Shown here piece after piece: positions 47,127 through 58,207 of a DNA stretch of 64,000 nucleotides (the first letter of the stretch is position 1; the number at the start of each line of letters is the position of its first letter). The notes below the pieces were generated by a model, which had not been told where the DNA came from, made no database searches, and saw only the letters and a program-made list of their open reading frames with translations. Source of the stretch: Cyanophora paradoxa CCMP329 (Eukaryota; Plantae; Glaucophyta); the NCBI GenBank assembly GCA_004431415.1, contig QPMI01000039.1:496001-560000 (forward strand), written 5' to 3'. The translations under genes were made by a program, and so were the position numbers.

Positions 47127-50100
47127 CTACTCGTGGCGCCGGGCGAGCCCCGCCGGCATCTGGCTCTGAAGCGACTGCCGCAGCGCCTGCCGCCCTCCCG
47201 CGCCCGTTGCCGCCGCTGTTGCTGCCGGGGCCGCCGCCGCGGGGCCCTTGCCCTCGGGGCGGGGCGGCCGCGGCCCCGCCGGAGCCGCGGGGGCGGACGG
47301 GGCGGCGGCTGCGCTCGCTGCTCCGCTGGCGGCGGCGCGGAGCTTGGCCTGGTAGTGCTCGTTGAAGTCGAGGCGGAAGATGAAGCCCTGGAAGCCCAGC
47401 GCCCCCTCGTGCGCCCCCGCGCCCCCCGCGCCCCCCGCCCCGCCCGCCCCGCCCGCCGGCCCCGCCAGCATCCCCAGCAGGTTCGCCATCCCCTGCGCGT
47501 ACTCCGCCTGCGCCTGCGAGCAACGCCGGCATCGGCCCGGGGTACGCGGGGCGGGGGGGGGGTACGCGCCTGGACGATGGCGGGGACGACGTTGGAGGGG
47601 ATGTGCTCGCGGATGGAGGGGCCCAGGCCCACGCCCTCCCCGTCGTAGTACTGCGCCCCCCGCTCGGCTGAAGAACGAAGGAGAGGGGGAGGGGGTACAG
47701 ACCTTCTCGGCCTCGTCGGAGGCGGTCATACCCCACTTGCCGGCGAGGGACCGCTCGTACGCCTGCGCCGCCGCGCGTCAGCGGCTAGCTCGAGCCTCGC
47801 GGGACCAGCATGGGCGGGCGTCTCCCAGAGAGAGAGAGCCCGGGGCCGGCCTGTACCCCGTACCCCCCTCCCTCACCTTCTGGCGGCGGGCGAGGATGCG
47901 CTCCCGGGCCTCCTCCGCCGCGTCGTAGAGCAGCTCCTGCACGTTTCGTTCGGTTCGGTTCAGTTCTCCAGCTTAGGTTTCGGATAGGTCGGGCGGGGGC
48001 GGGCCTGGGCGGCGCAGAAGCGCTGGACGGTCCCCAGCAGCCGCACGACCTGCCCCGGGGCGATGCCTCAGCGAAGCCAAAGCAGAGCGGAGCGGAGCAT
48101 AGCAAAGCGTAGCGGGCCTGCTTGAAGATGTGGTCGGAGTCGCGCCCGAGGAGGCAGCGCTCCTCGATGGAGGCCAGGTACCGGTTGTGCGCCCCGATCA
48201 CCTGGGCGAGGAGCGTGAGGGGGGGGAGGGGGGGGGGGTAGGGGCTCTCGTAAGGATTGAGCTCGTTTAGCTTGTTTAGCTTCTTCGGTTTGTTAAGGCC
48301 GCCGAGTCTAGCCGGCGCGGCGCGCGGCAGCAGGTGGACAGGCTATGGCTCGCTGAGTCTGGCCGGCTAGACTCGGTTCAGCTTGCTTGCTTGGCTCGTC
48401 TAGCTTGCTCAGGCCTTGTTCAGCCCGCCGAGTCCGGCGGGGCCGGGGGCTGGGGCGGGCGTCGGACCATGTCGAGGTCCTCGGCGGCCTCGAGGTCCTC
48501 GCAGAGGCGCTGCCAGGCCCCCTCCACGACCTCCAGGAAGATGTAGTACTGCAGGTTCGACACGAAGTGCACCTGCAGGCGAGGGAGTCAGGCGCGGGCG
48601 GGGCGGGGCGAGGGAGGGCCGCGCGCCATCTCGTGGCGGGTCGTGTGCGAGAGGGAGATGACGCGGGCCACCTGCCGCGCGGCGCGGGGCGGGGCGTGAG
48701 TGAGGGCCCGCCAGAGAGGCGGGGGAAGGGGCCCGAGGTGCGCTGCACCTCGCGGTCGCCCATGAGGGCCTCGGCGGCGTGCGCGGCGCCCATGTGGCGC
48801 CGCCACAGCAGGCACAGCGCGTGCTCCGTCTGCGAGCAACTAAGACGACGCTAAGAAGTGAGGGAAGGGGGCGGGCGGGCCCGCTTCATGCGGAAGAGGA
48901 AGGCGAAGATGCGGAGGTAGGACTCCATCGCCCGCGGCGTGAACACCGTGTTGATCGGCGCGCTGCGGCCCGGGGCGCTCAGGGCGGGCGGGCGGGCGGG
49001 GGTGGGCAGGAAGAAGGGAAGGGGGAGGGGTACGGCCGCACTCGACGCGGTAGTCGAGGGTGAAGACGTCCCACCCGAGGTCCCCCGGGGAGGCCTCCAG
49101 GATGCGCGCGTCCAGGCGAGCCAGGCTGTCCGCCTCCTCGGGCCCCGCCGGCTGCCCCGAGGCCCGCACCGTGGCCTCCAGCACCGCCGCCAGGTTGTGC
49201 TTCGAGAGCTTCGAGGCCTCCCGCCCCAGGTCCGCCGCGAGCAGGTGCAGCAGGTGCCGCACGAAGTCGCCCTGCCCCAGCAGCAGGTACTTCTTGAGGG
49301 CGAGCAGGTGCTGCCTCAGGTTGTACCGCTCCATCATCACCTCGATGAGCCGCGCGTGGCACCGCTCGCCCGCCGCCGCCACGTCCGACTCCAGCGCCTC
49401 CACGCCGCCCACGTACTCGGAGGGGTCGTGCAGCCGCGCCGCCGAGGAGGCCGACTGGATCCGCGCCGGGGGCATGAAGGGCGTGCTTGTCACGTCCGAG
49501 CCCGGGCGCTGCGGGGCCTCAGCCAACCGCTCCTCGTCTTCTTCTTCGGAGAAGCGGCGGGGAGCACCTTGGGGCGGGCGGCGCCGTAGTCTGTTTCGCC
49601 GCAGCACTGCCGCATGAAGTTGATCGACTTGCCGATGAGGAGGATCTGCCGGGGCGTCACGGCGGGTCACGGGCGTGCAGGTAAGCGTTGGAACCCGGGG
49701 GGTACGGACCTTGTCGGCGAGGGGGAGGGGAATGAAAGCCGGGACCATCGCGGAGCGCAGCTTGTACTTGTCGTACCTGCGCCCCCGTACCCCCGACCGG
49801 TCAGGTGCCCCCAGCAAAGAATACATGTACCCCCCTTCCCCCCAAGAAGTGCCCCGCACCAGAGGAGGACGTCCTCCCTCACATCCTGCGCCTTGACGAA
49901 GAACTGGAAGGTACGGGTCAGTCCAGAAGGGGGGGGGGGGAGATGAGGGGGGTACGCGCCTCGTTGAAGGGGTCGTCTAGCTCGCCGTCCGTAATCCAGC
50001 GCCGGATCATCGTGAACAGGGGCGCGCAGACCTGGGGGTACGGGATTTAGCCAGCAAAAGGAAGGGCGAGGGGAGGGGTACAGACCTGGAGGAGGATGCG

Positions 50101-51958
50101 GCGGACGAGGCCGCGGCAGGCCGGGTCCCCGTGTTGCAGGTACCCGTGCACCGCCGACGCCAGCTCGCCCCCGGAGAGATCTGGAGGCGGGGAGGAGGGG
50201 GGGGGAAGAGATGAGGGGGTACATGATACGAAGGACGGCACGGGGGGGGGTACCGGAGCACTGATGGACGAGGACGGCCATTTGCCGGAGGCGCTGGAGG
50301 GGCTCCTGGCACCTGAGGGGGAGGATGGGGATGAGGGGGGTACGAGGCGACAGTGAAGGGGAGGGGGTACCAGAGGAAAAGGCGGCGGAGGGTGAGCTGC
50401 TGGGAGGCGGGGAGCTGGGGGGCGGAGGCGGCGCCGGAGGGGGTGGGGGGTGCGCTGTTCATCTGCGCCAGAGGCGTTACCGGCCGGCCGCCCGGATGCT
50501 GCCCAAAGCAGCCGGCGGAGCGCGCCTGTGCCTCTAGGACCGCGATGAGCTTGTAGTACTCGGCGAGCTCGCTCTGAAGGGCGGCCGAGAAGCCCTGGGC
50601 CATGAGGCCCACCCGCTCGGGCAGGCCCCGCGGCGGGCTGCTCGCGTACCCCCCCTGCGGGCCCGTCAGCAGAGGGGAGGGGGCGGGGGGTTCGAGGCGG
50701 GGCGCACGGCGGAGGCGGCGGCCGACGAGGCGGAGCGCGATGCTAGGGACATGGAGGCGGCTAAGTGGTCCCGGACCTGCAGAAAAGCCCGTCAGAGAGG
50801 AGGGGGAGGAGGGGGGGGGTACGGGGGTACGGCACCTGGCGGAAGAGCCAGCCGAGCTCGGCGATGCGCTGCGCGACGTCCCGCACGGTGCGGGGGAGGG
50901 CCACGGAGGGGTCCAGCGTGTACCCCTCCGCCTTCGGCTCGTACCGGATGTAGCGGCCTGCGGGAGGCGTCGGCCGGTCCGGGCGGGGCCGGCCGGCGGC
51001 GGCGGGGCGCGCGGCGACGCCTGGGCCCCCCCGAGCGCACCGTCGATGCCCTGCATCACGAAGAGCAGGTCTCGCAGCAGCGCCTCCTCGCTCACCTCGG
51101 CCGTCGCTGCGGGCGGCGGGCGGGCGGCGCGCGTGTAGGGCGGCCGCGGGGCCCGCGCGGCGCACGGGGCGGGAGGGCGCACCGCTCTCGATGTCCCTGT
51201 ATCTTCGGAGCGTCGCGAGCTTCTGCTCGGCGACCACCTTGGCGGCCGTGGGGCCCAGCAGCGCATGCTCGTCCTCCTCCTCCGCGTCGCCCTTCCCCTT
51301 GCCCGCCGACGGCTTCCGCCGCACCGCCGTCGGCGCGGAGAGCACCAGAGACGAGCCGTCGGGCAGGTGGATCTCGGAGGCGCCCGGCGGCAGCGGTTTG
51401 GAGGGCGGCTCGACGCGCGGCAGCGGTGCCGCGAAGACCGGCTCCTGCGCCGGCGCCTCGGCGGGCGCGGGGTGCGGCGAGGGTCGGGGAAGAGCATTCA
51501 CCGCGGCGTAGGGCGATCCCGCCCCCGGCTTGGGCCCCGCAAGCGAATAGAGCAGCTGCAGGATGCCGACCTTGTTCTTCAGGACGGTCTTCGTGGCGAG
51601 CTTCCGCAGGCAGTCCGCGACCCGGAGCGCGTCGTCCGTCCTTCCCTCGCGCATCACTGCGGCACGGGCCGCACGTGAGCCCGGCCCCGGCGGGCGCTGT
51701 GCGGCTAGCTATCCGTAGAGGCGCACGCTTCCGCTTCATGAGCTCGCCCGTGTGGAACTCGTCGCTTACGGATGCAGGAGCGATGTTGCTCCCCAGGATG
51801 CGCATGGAGAAGCGGAAGGCGTCCAGAAAGCGGGGATCTTGTAGCGCCGACTCCGGGGTGACGCCGCGGGCGCCCGGTCCGTGCAGCAGGCGGAATGCGA
51901 GGCGCTGCACGCCCGCAGCCACGCGGTCGGCGTGGCTGCCGCCCGCGTCTGCCGCCAT
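47127..51958 (-). CDS. TUBGCP3: Gamma-tubulin complex component 3 (GCP3/Spc98), multi-exon
   Basis: EVSEEALLRDLLFVMQGIDGRYI, IAELGWLF, GLMAQGFSAALQSELAEYYKLIAVLEAQ, LTLRRLFLW, GGELASAVHGYLQHGDP, RWITDGELDDPFNEFFV, ILLIGKSINFMR, HLLALKKYLLLGQGDFVRHL, SPGDLGWDVFTLDYRV, GKWGMT, FRLDFNEHY. Confidence 0.95.
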
Positions 51959-52029
51959 CTTCAAACTGAGCTCCCGGGGATGAGCCCTGGCCGGGTACAG
52001 CATCTTGTGCTGCACCGCCTTCGGCAGCG

Positions 52030-52810
52030 CTAGCTCGCCGCGGCATTTTGAGCTTTGTCGTGCTAGAGCAGGACAACCAGCATCAGACGACCGCCAGGAG
52101 AAGTGCTACCGCTCGCGCTGCATCCACGGCTCGCTCCCAGCTGCAAGCGCATGCGCGCGCGCGCCGCTCGCACATAGAAGCGCCAGCGCCGCTCGGCGCG
52201 CAGGCACAAGCGCCAGCGCCGCTCGCCGGGCTCGCCGCTCCGATGCACGTGCATACACATGCATATGCTCGAACATGCTCGCAGGTGCCGCGTGAGGAGT
52301 TTGAAGCAGCATGGGCATGGGCGCTGGCAACGTTAACAGATTCTGCAGCTTCAGTACTTCCAGGTTGGCCCGCTGCCCGCCGCCCGCTTCCCGCGCGCCG
52401 CGACGTGGATTACGCCGTCATATGCATTCCAGCGATTCGACGACTTCCGATGAGGGAGCCGGTCCGCCCGGCTACCCTGCCAACACTCCATGGGCCTAGG
52501 CATCGGACAACGCGGGCGGGGCCTCCTCTCTAAAGCAGACTGCGCGCTCTATCGACTGCCGGCGGCGGCTCAAGATCTAGATCTCGCGGTGCTTCCCCCC
52601 CCCGCACGCTCAGCTAGGCTGGAGCCCTCTCTACCTGTAGCTACGGCCCCTCTAGGCCCTCCTCGTCATTCGGACTCTGACGCTCCCTCTAACTTTTCGC
52701 CCGCGGCCGCAGCAGCTTGGCGCGGGGCGGCGCGGCGGCGCTGGCCCGGGGCTCCCCCGAGCCCGACTCGAGCCCCGCCCTGCCCTGCCCCGGGCCGAGG
52801 CGAGGCCTGG
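52030..52810 (+). repeat. Degenerate dispersed repeat or gene relic, copy 1 (paired with ~56450-57150)
   Basis: Colinear shared blocks ccgcggcattt.gagctt, gctcgcaggtgccgcg.gaggagtt.gaagc, cattccagcgattcgacgacttccga, gccggtccgcccggctaccctgcc, agatctcgcggtgcttcccc, ctacggcccctctaggcc. Confidence 0.8.
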
Positions 52811-53125
52811 CTCGTCCTCGAGCTCGGTACCCGTCTGCCCCGTCATTGGCGCGGACGCGCCGGCGGATGCAGCCTCCGAGCCTCCGTGCCCCCCGCAGCC
52901 CGCCCCGCCCCGGCCGCATGCACAGAGCACGTCCCGCGCTAGGCCTTTAGCTAGCTGCAGACTGCAGTATACGTATGTTAACGACTGCATGCGCAGTATG
53001 TTCATGTTAAGGTTAACGTGTGCAGTTTTTCACGAATTCGAGAGCTCTAATTTAATAAAAATTCAATTCATGATCAATATGATGCTGTACGTATACAATT
53101 CAATGCCTAAGCGGTACATTTGTGC

Positions 53126-55928
53126 TCATTTGGCCTGCCGCGGGGGGAGCACCGACGTCGGCATGGGCGCCACCGGGCCGCCGGCTGCGGCTGCGGGCAG
53201 GATGAAGCTGCCCTGCACATGGCCATGGGGAGCAGACGGCTGCAGGAAGACCCCGGCCGCGGTTCCCGCGGGCGCAGCGGCGGCCGGTGCGAGCGGCACG
53301 GGCACCGCGACGGCCATCGCCACGGGCACCATCGCGTAGTAAACGAGACCAGGGGGCGCACTCTCGGGCACGGCCGCCGGCGCACTCTCCAGGGTGACCG
53401 CCGGCGCGATGGGCCGGATCGGCGGAGGCTGCAGCTGCCGCTGCTGCCGCGCCTCCTGCCGAGACCGGCGCCGGGTCTGCCGCTTTTTTCGGGGTGGCAG
53501 CGCTAGCGGGTCTGTAAGTAGCGGGCCCCGCGGCCGGGCTGCGGCCAGAGGCGGCGGGGTATCGCGGGGGGCGATGGGGCGGGGGGCCCGCGGAGGCCGC
53601 GGAGGGGCGGGTGGACCCCCCAGGGTACCGGCCGTCTCACTCTCACCCTGTACCCCGGGGCCCCCGTCGTCCTCCTGCTCCTGCTCCTGCTCCTGCTCCT
53701 CCTCCTCCACCTCTGCGCTGAAGCGCCGGGCCCGTGCCTTCGCGTCCGCCGGGGAGCAAGGCGCGGGGGGGTACAGAGGCGCCGCCTCCCGCGTGTAGGT
53801 TGTGGGAGAGGACCCCCCGGAGAGGGACATGCACTCGAGGCGCATCGCCAGGTCCACTTCGAGGGGGGCACAGGCGCACGGTCAGGATCGAGAATCGGGA
53901 TCGCAAGGGAATTCGAAGATGTAAGCGCACGGCTCGCGCGAATCGCCTCGGTGACCTGCGGGGGTACCGGTGAGCGGGAATGGGGGAGGGATGGGATGGA
54001 TGGGGGGGGGGGAAGGGGGGGGGAAGGAGGGGGGAGGCGGGCAGCGCACGCGGGAAACGACGGAGGGCGCTGCGATGCCCTCCACCTAACACACGGCACG
54101 TGTCAACGCTAGCGTTTCACGTGAAAGTATGGTGGAAGATTGGGGGATGCATATGCCTCGGGCGCGAGTCGCTGCGAAGGGACCGCCGGCGACATGGGCT
54201 CTGAGTCCTCTCCAGGAACCGACCCCGACGTCGACTCGGGCGTCGTGCGCGCCTCGGGCTCCTCTTGCCTCCCGATGCCAACGAGCTCCCGAAATAGATC
54301 GGAGATGCCTACCCCCGAGCTCGAGGAGGGGCGGGGGGGATCGGGCGGCTCCCAGCTGTGCAGCGCGGAAGGGGGGCCCGGGGCAGGCCCGAGGCCGGCG
54401 GCGAAGAGGCCGAGGCCGAGGCCGGAGGGGGCCGCCGCGGACCCGGACGCGAAGAGGGGGGAGCGGAAGGGGCGCGGGCGAGCCATGACCACGGGCTCCG
54501 CGCCCGCGAGCTCGGAGAGAAGCGTGCGGCGCGCCTGCGCGCGGAGCTCGCGTCGTTCGGCGGACGGGGCGCTCGCTCGATCGGAAAGGGGCCGAGCGGG
54601 GCCCGAACCTGGAGCATGAACTTCATCAAGACCCGCGCGAACAGTTTCCACCACACTGCATGGCGCCGGCAGCGTCAGGTTCACCAGGCCACCTAATGGA
54701 GGACAGGGGGAAGGGGGCGCGGGGGGAGGGGGAAGGTAAGTGGGGGGAAGGGGCGAGGAGCTGGAGCGTTGCAGGGTACAGGGTGCAGGGATGTGGGGAG
54801 GCACACCGTTGGGCGCGATGTAGCTGAAGAATGGGGGTACCCCTTCAAGCGACAGGATCGAGCATCTGGATGGGCGCATTCGCAAATTGGAGGGGAGAGC
54901 GGCGCGGGGGGGCCACGGGCGGGGGGGGAGTGGGGGGGAGTGGGGGAGGGGAAGTGGGGGAGGGGAAGTGGGGGAGGGAAGTGGGGGGGGGGAGGAGTGG
55001 AGGGGAAGGGGAGGGAAGTCGGACCGGAAGCCGCCGGCGCCGTTGCTGGTGACGTGTCGGACGGAGAACGAGCGCATGTGCCGCATGTGGTTCCGCGTCG
55101 ACCTGCAAGAAGGGGGCGGAACTCCGTGAGGTAGAGGGGGGGCGAAAGGAGGGGGGGGGGAGCACCAGACGCCGTCCTCCCCCCGTTCGACGGGGAGCTT
55201 CAGAGCAGCCGCCGAACCGTCCGGCAGCCTGCGCGGGGGGTACCGTCAACCCCCATGAAGGGGTACAGGCGGCGCGCGCTTGCCTCCGCGGTGCGAAAAT
55301 CATGAGCGTGTCGACGTGCCAGCCTGCGGGGTACGCGCGGGGGCTCGGTTGGGGCCGCGAAGGGTGCCGGGAAGGGGTACGCCCTCACCAAAGAACGAGG
55401 CGCGGTTGTCGTGGACGAGAATCGATCCGAAGCCGCCCTGCGGCGGCGACAGCGTGGCCACCTCGGTCTCCGATACGACGAACTCGTTCATGTTCTGCGA
55501 GGCCGGGCCGCGCCCGGCGGCCGTGAGCGGGCGCCCAGGGCATCGATGCGTGCGTGCTGCCGCACCTGCGCGTTCGACTGGGCGATGAAGAATCGCTCGC
55601 CGCAGTCCAGAGGCGCGTCGACCTCGAAGGAGTTGCGGAAGAGCTTGACGGGGGCGTGGATGCCCCAGCGCGAGAGATCCACGTCCGGATCCCGCACGAA
55701 GGTCGTCATGTCCCCATGCTCGACGGCGGCGCGCCAGCCGCCTTCGTCCAGGCCCAGGAATTCCGCGGCCATCTCCCAGAGCTGTTCGAGGTGCCTGGCG
55801 TCGTACGGCTCGTTTTCGGGGCCGGCGGCCGCGGCCGCGACCGCGGCGGCCGCGGCCCCGGCGGCCATTGCAATCGCCGCGCGCGCGGCTGCGGTATATC
55901 GATCCGCACCGGAGCTGGCGATGCACAA
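53126..55928 (-). CDS. Hypothetical multi-exon protein; N-terminal region possibly START/SRPBCC-like, long Pro/Ala-rich tail; may be more than one gene
   Basis: Coding-like exons EGGWRAAVEHGDMTTFVR...VKLFRNSFEVDAPLD, WHVDTLMIFAPR and YIAPNVWWKLFARVLMKFMLQ with valid splice signals. The fold assignment is only a pattern impression. Confidence 0.4.
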
Positions 55929-56080
55929 GTTCGAGCTGATCGCTGTTTTGCTTGATCAACGGGCCCACGGCCAACGCATGCGCATGGCCATGGCCGAATT
56001 CTTGAACTAGTACTTCGGGATCCGAGCTCCGAGGTGAGAGCGCAAGGCGAGAGCGAAGGATGCGAGCGCAAGTTTGCTAA

Positions 56081-56138
56081 CAATTCCAGTGCTGGAACAG
56101 CTGGTCCTGGTCAATTCCAGTGCTGGAACAGCTGGTCC
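56081..56138. repeat. 31-bp tandem repeat x2 with internal hairpin ttccag-tg-ctggaa
   Basis: caattccagtgctggaacagctggtcc(tggt) occurs twice. Confidence 0.85.
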
Positions 56139-56449
56139 GGCTGCTTGCGCAGCTGGTCGGCGACTCGGCGTTACCTGCAGTGACTGCAGCTGGACATCGA
56201 GTGCAACGCTGCGACTTCGATGCAGCCCAGGGCGCAGCTAGCTGAAGCTTGCGCCTATATGATTCATGCCGCAGTGCCAGCCTGCCCCTACCCCCCTCCC
56301 CCTCCCCCCCCTCGCGGGGTCCGCGACGGGGACCGGCGAGGTTTTCGAACCAGAGCATCGAGTCGATCCTCGCGACCGTATACAGCGTCCTCGAGGAGCG
56401 CCACACCCCGCACGCGATGCGGGTCGGGCACAGATTCCTGGCCAGCGCC

Positions 56450-57150
56450 CACCGCGGCATTTCGAGCTTCAAAAAGTGCTGTAGCCAGCACCTAGCAACA
56501 TCCCGGAGGAGAACGACAGCTCACGCTGCTTCCAGCGGCTCGCCCCCGCAATCGCCGGCGCCGCTCGCACGCAGAAGCCGCTGCCCGCAAGCCGCTGCTG
56601 AGCACAAGCGCCAGCGGCTCGCTCGCCGATGCTCCAGGCTCGCCGCTGCCGGCTCCGATGCGTTTGCTCGCAGGTGCCGCGCGAGGAGTTCGAAGCTGCA
56701 TGAGCGCCGGTGATGGCAACGGATCTGCAGGTACAGTGATTCCAGGTGGGCCCGCTGCCCGCTCCCCGCTGCCCGCTTCCCGCCGCGACGTGGGCCATGC
56801 CCGCCGTCATTCCAGCGATTCGACGACTTCCGAAATGGGCGCCGGTCCGCCCGGCTACCCTGCCTACGCTCTATAGGCAAACGCATCGGAGCCGGTCGCG
56901 GCGAGCCTGGAGCGATCGAGCGCGCAGTCTGCTTTAGAAGGGAGGGCCCGACTCCAGATCTCGCGGTGCTTCCCCGGCCCCCCCTCCGCACGCGCAGCTA
57001 GGCCGGCGCCCTTTCTACCTACGGCCCCTCTAGGCCGTCCTCGTCCTTCGGACTCTGATGCTCTCTCTGACGCTAAGCGTGCAGCAGCTCGGCGCGATCC
57101 TGGAGCAGCGCTAGCGCTGGGCTCCCCCGGGCGAGACCTAGCCCCGCCTC
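56450..57150 (+). repeat. Degenerate dispersed repeat or gene relic, copy 2
   Basis: Shares the colinear blocks listed for 52030-52810. Confidence 0.8.
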
Positions 57151-58207
57151 CATCTGCGTCGTGGACGGCACGGGACGCGATTGATCGCGCCCGTCGCAGC
57201 ATCCGTGCGCCCCACTCCGCCCGCCCCGCCCTGGCCCGCCGCGCCCCAGCCGGCCCCGCCCCGCCCCGCCTTCGCTCAGTGCCCCCACCCAGACAACGAA
57301 CTCGCTTCCACGCTGGGCTACGCCTCAACCTCACTGAGGGGTTACGCCATTTTCTTTGAATGTTTTCACACCGCGACCAGTATCCCCTTCGCTTCACCAC
57401 GCGCGCACGCGCACCACCACTTCGCGCGCGGGCGGGCGGTCCTCGGGCGAGCCCCTAGCTTGTCTGTCTCCGTCCGCTGCCTCGAGCCTCCGCGGGGCCG
57501 CGGGCCGCCGCGCCCGCCCCGAGGCCCCCAGGGAGTCCCCGCTCCTCCCCTCGGACCCTCTCCATCCCCGCCCCGGCCCGGCGGTCCTGGAGGCCGTGAG
57601 CCAGGCCACCCCCCTCTCCTCCCCGCCCCCAAGCCCTTCGGTCGCCCCTCGCTGACGTACAAGATCGACTTAAAGCTTTGAGCCCCCAAACGCAGGTCTT
57701 AAATTCGAAATTCGAAATTAAGCTAATTATAAAAGGCGCCGCGGCGTGCGGCCGCGCACCGCTGCGCGCGCGCGCAGCTGCATGCGCTGGCGCCGCTGCG
57801 CCGCGCCGCGGCGCCCTAGCCATGCAGCTGCATGCGCTGGCGCGGCTGCGCCGCGCGCTATAGCTAGCCATGGCCCATGCGCATGCATATGACCCGTGAT
57901 GAGGACGTACGCATCGACGCCAGAATCGCGGCCAGATCCATGGGCTCATGATCATGATCATTTGGGCTACAGTATAATCGTAACTAATGACAAGTTAGCC
58001 TTCCGGTCCGCCTGCGGACCGAGTTCCGGTCCGCTGGCGGTGTGGCGCGGCACTGGCGCCTGCGCATGCATATGCATGCGGCGGCGCGACGCGGGGAGCC
58101 AAACGCGCGCCGCGTACCCCTAGTTTGTGCGGAAGCGCGGCGTGCGCGAGCTCACCTGCACTCTCCAGCGAGCCCGTTCCCGTGCTTGTACGAAGAGCAG
58201 CGCTGGG

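Noticed and set aside
14931-47724. Large inverted repeats as the TIRs of a giant transposon, Polinton or endogenous virus
   Set aside because: The repeats consist of intron-containing host genes; I found no transposase, integrase, polB, capsid or TSD.
7396-51958. Functional cytoskeletal gene cluster (CH/ASH protein, Cys-rich coiled-coil protein, GCP3)
   Set aside because: Adjacency alone is weak evidence in eukaryotes and ALG3 lies among them; no co-regulation evidence in the sequence.
56081-56160. 31-bp hairpin-containing repeat as a possible CRISPR array
   Set aside because: Only two adjacent units, no unique spacers, no cas genes, eukaryotic context.
57181-57681. Small + strand ORF ending KIDLKL as a separate gene
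   Set aside because: No recognisable domain or clear start; it may continue the degenerate repeat or gene relic.
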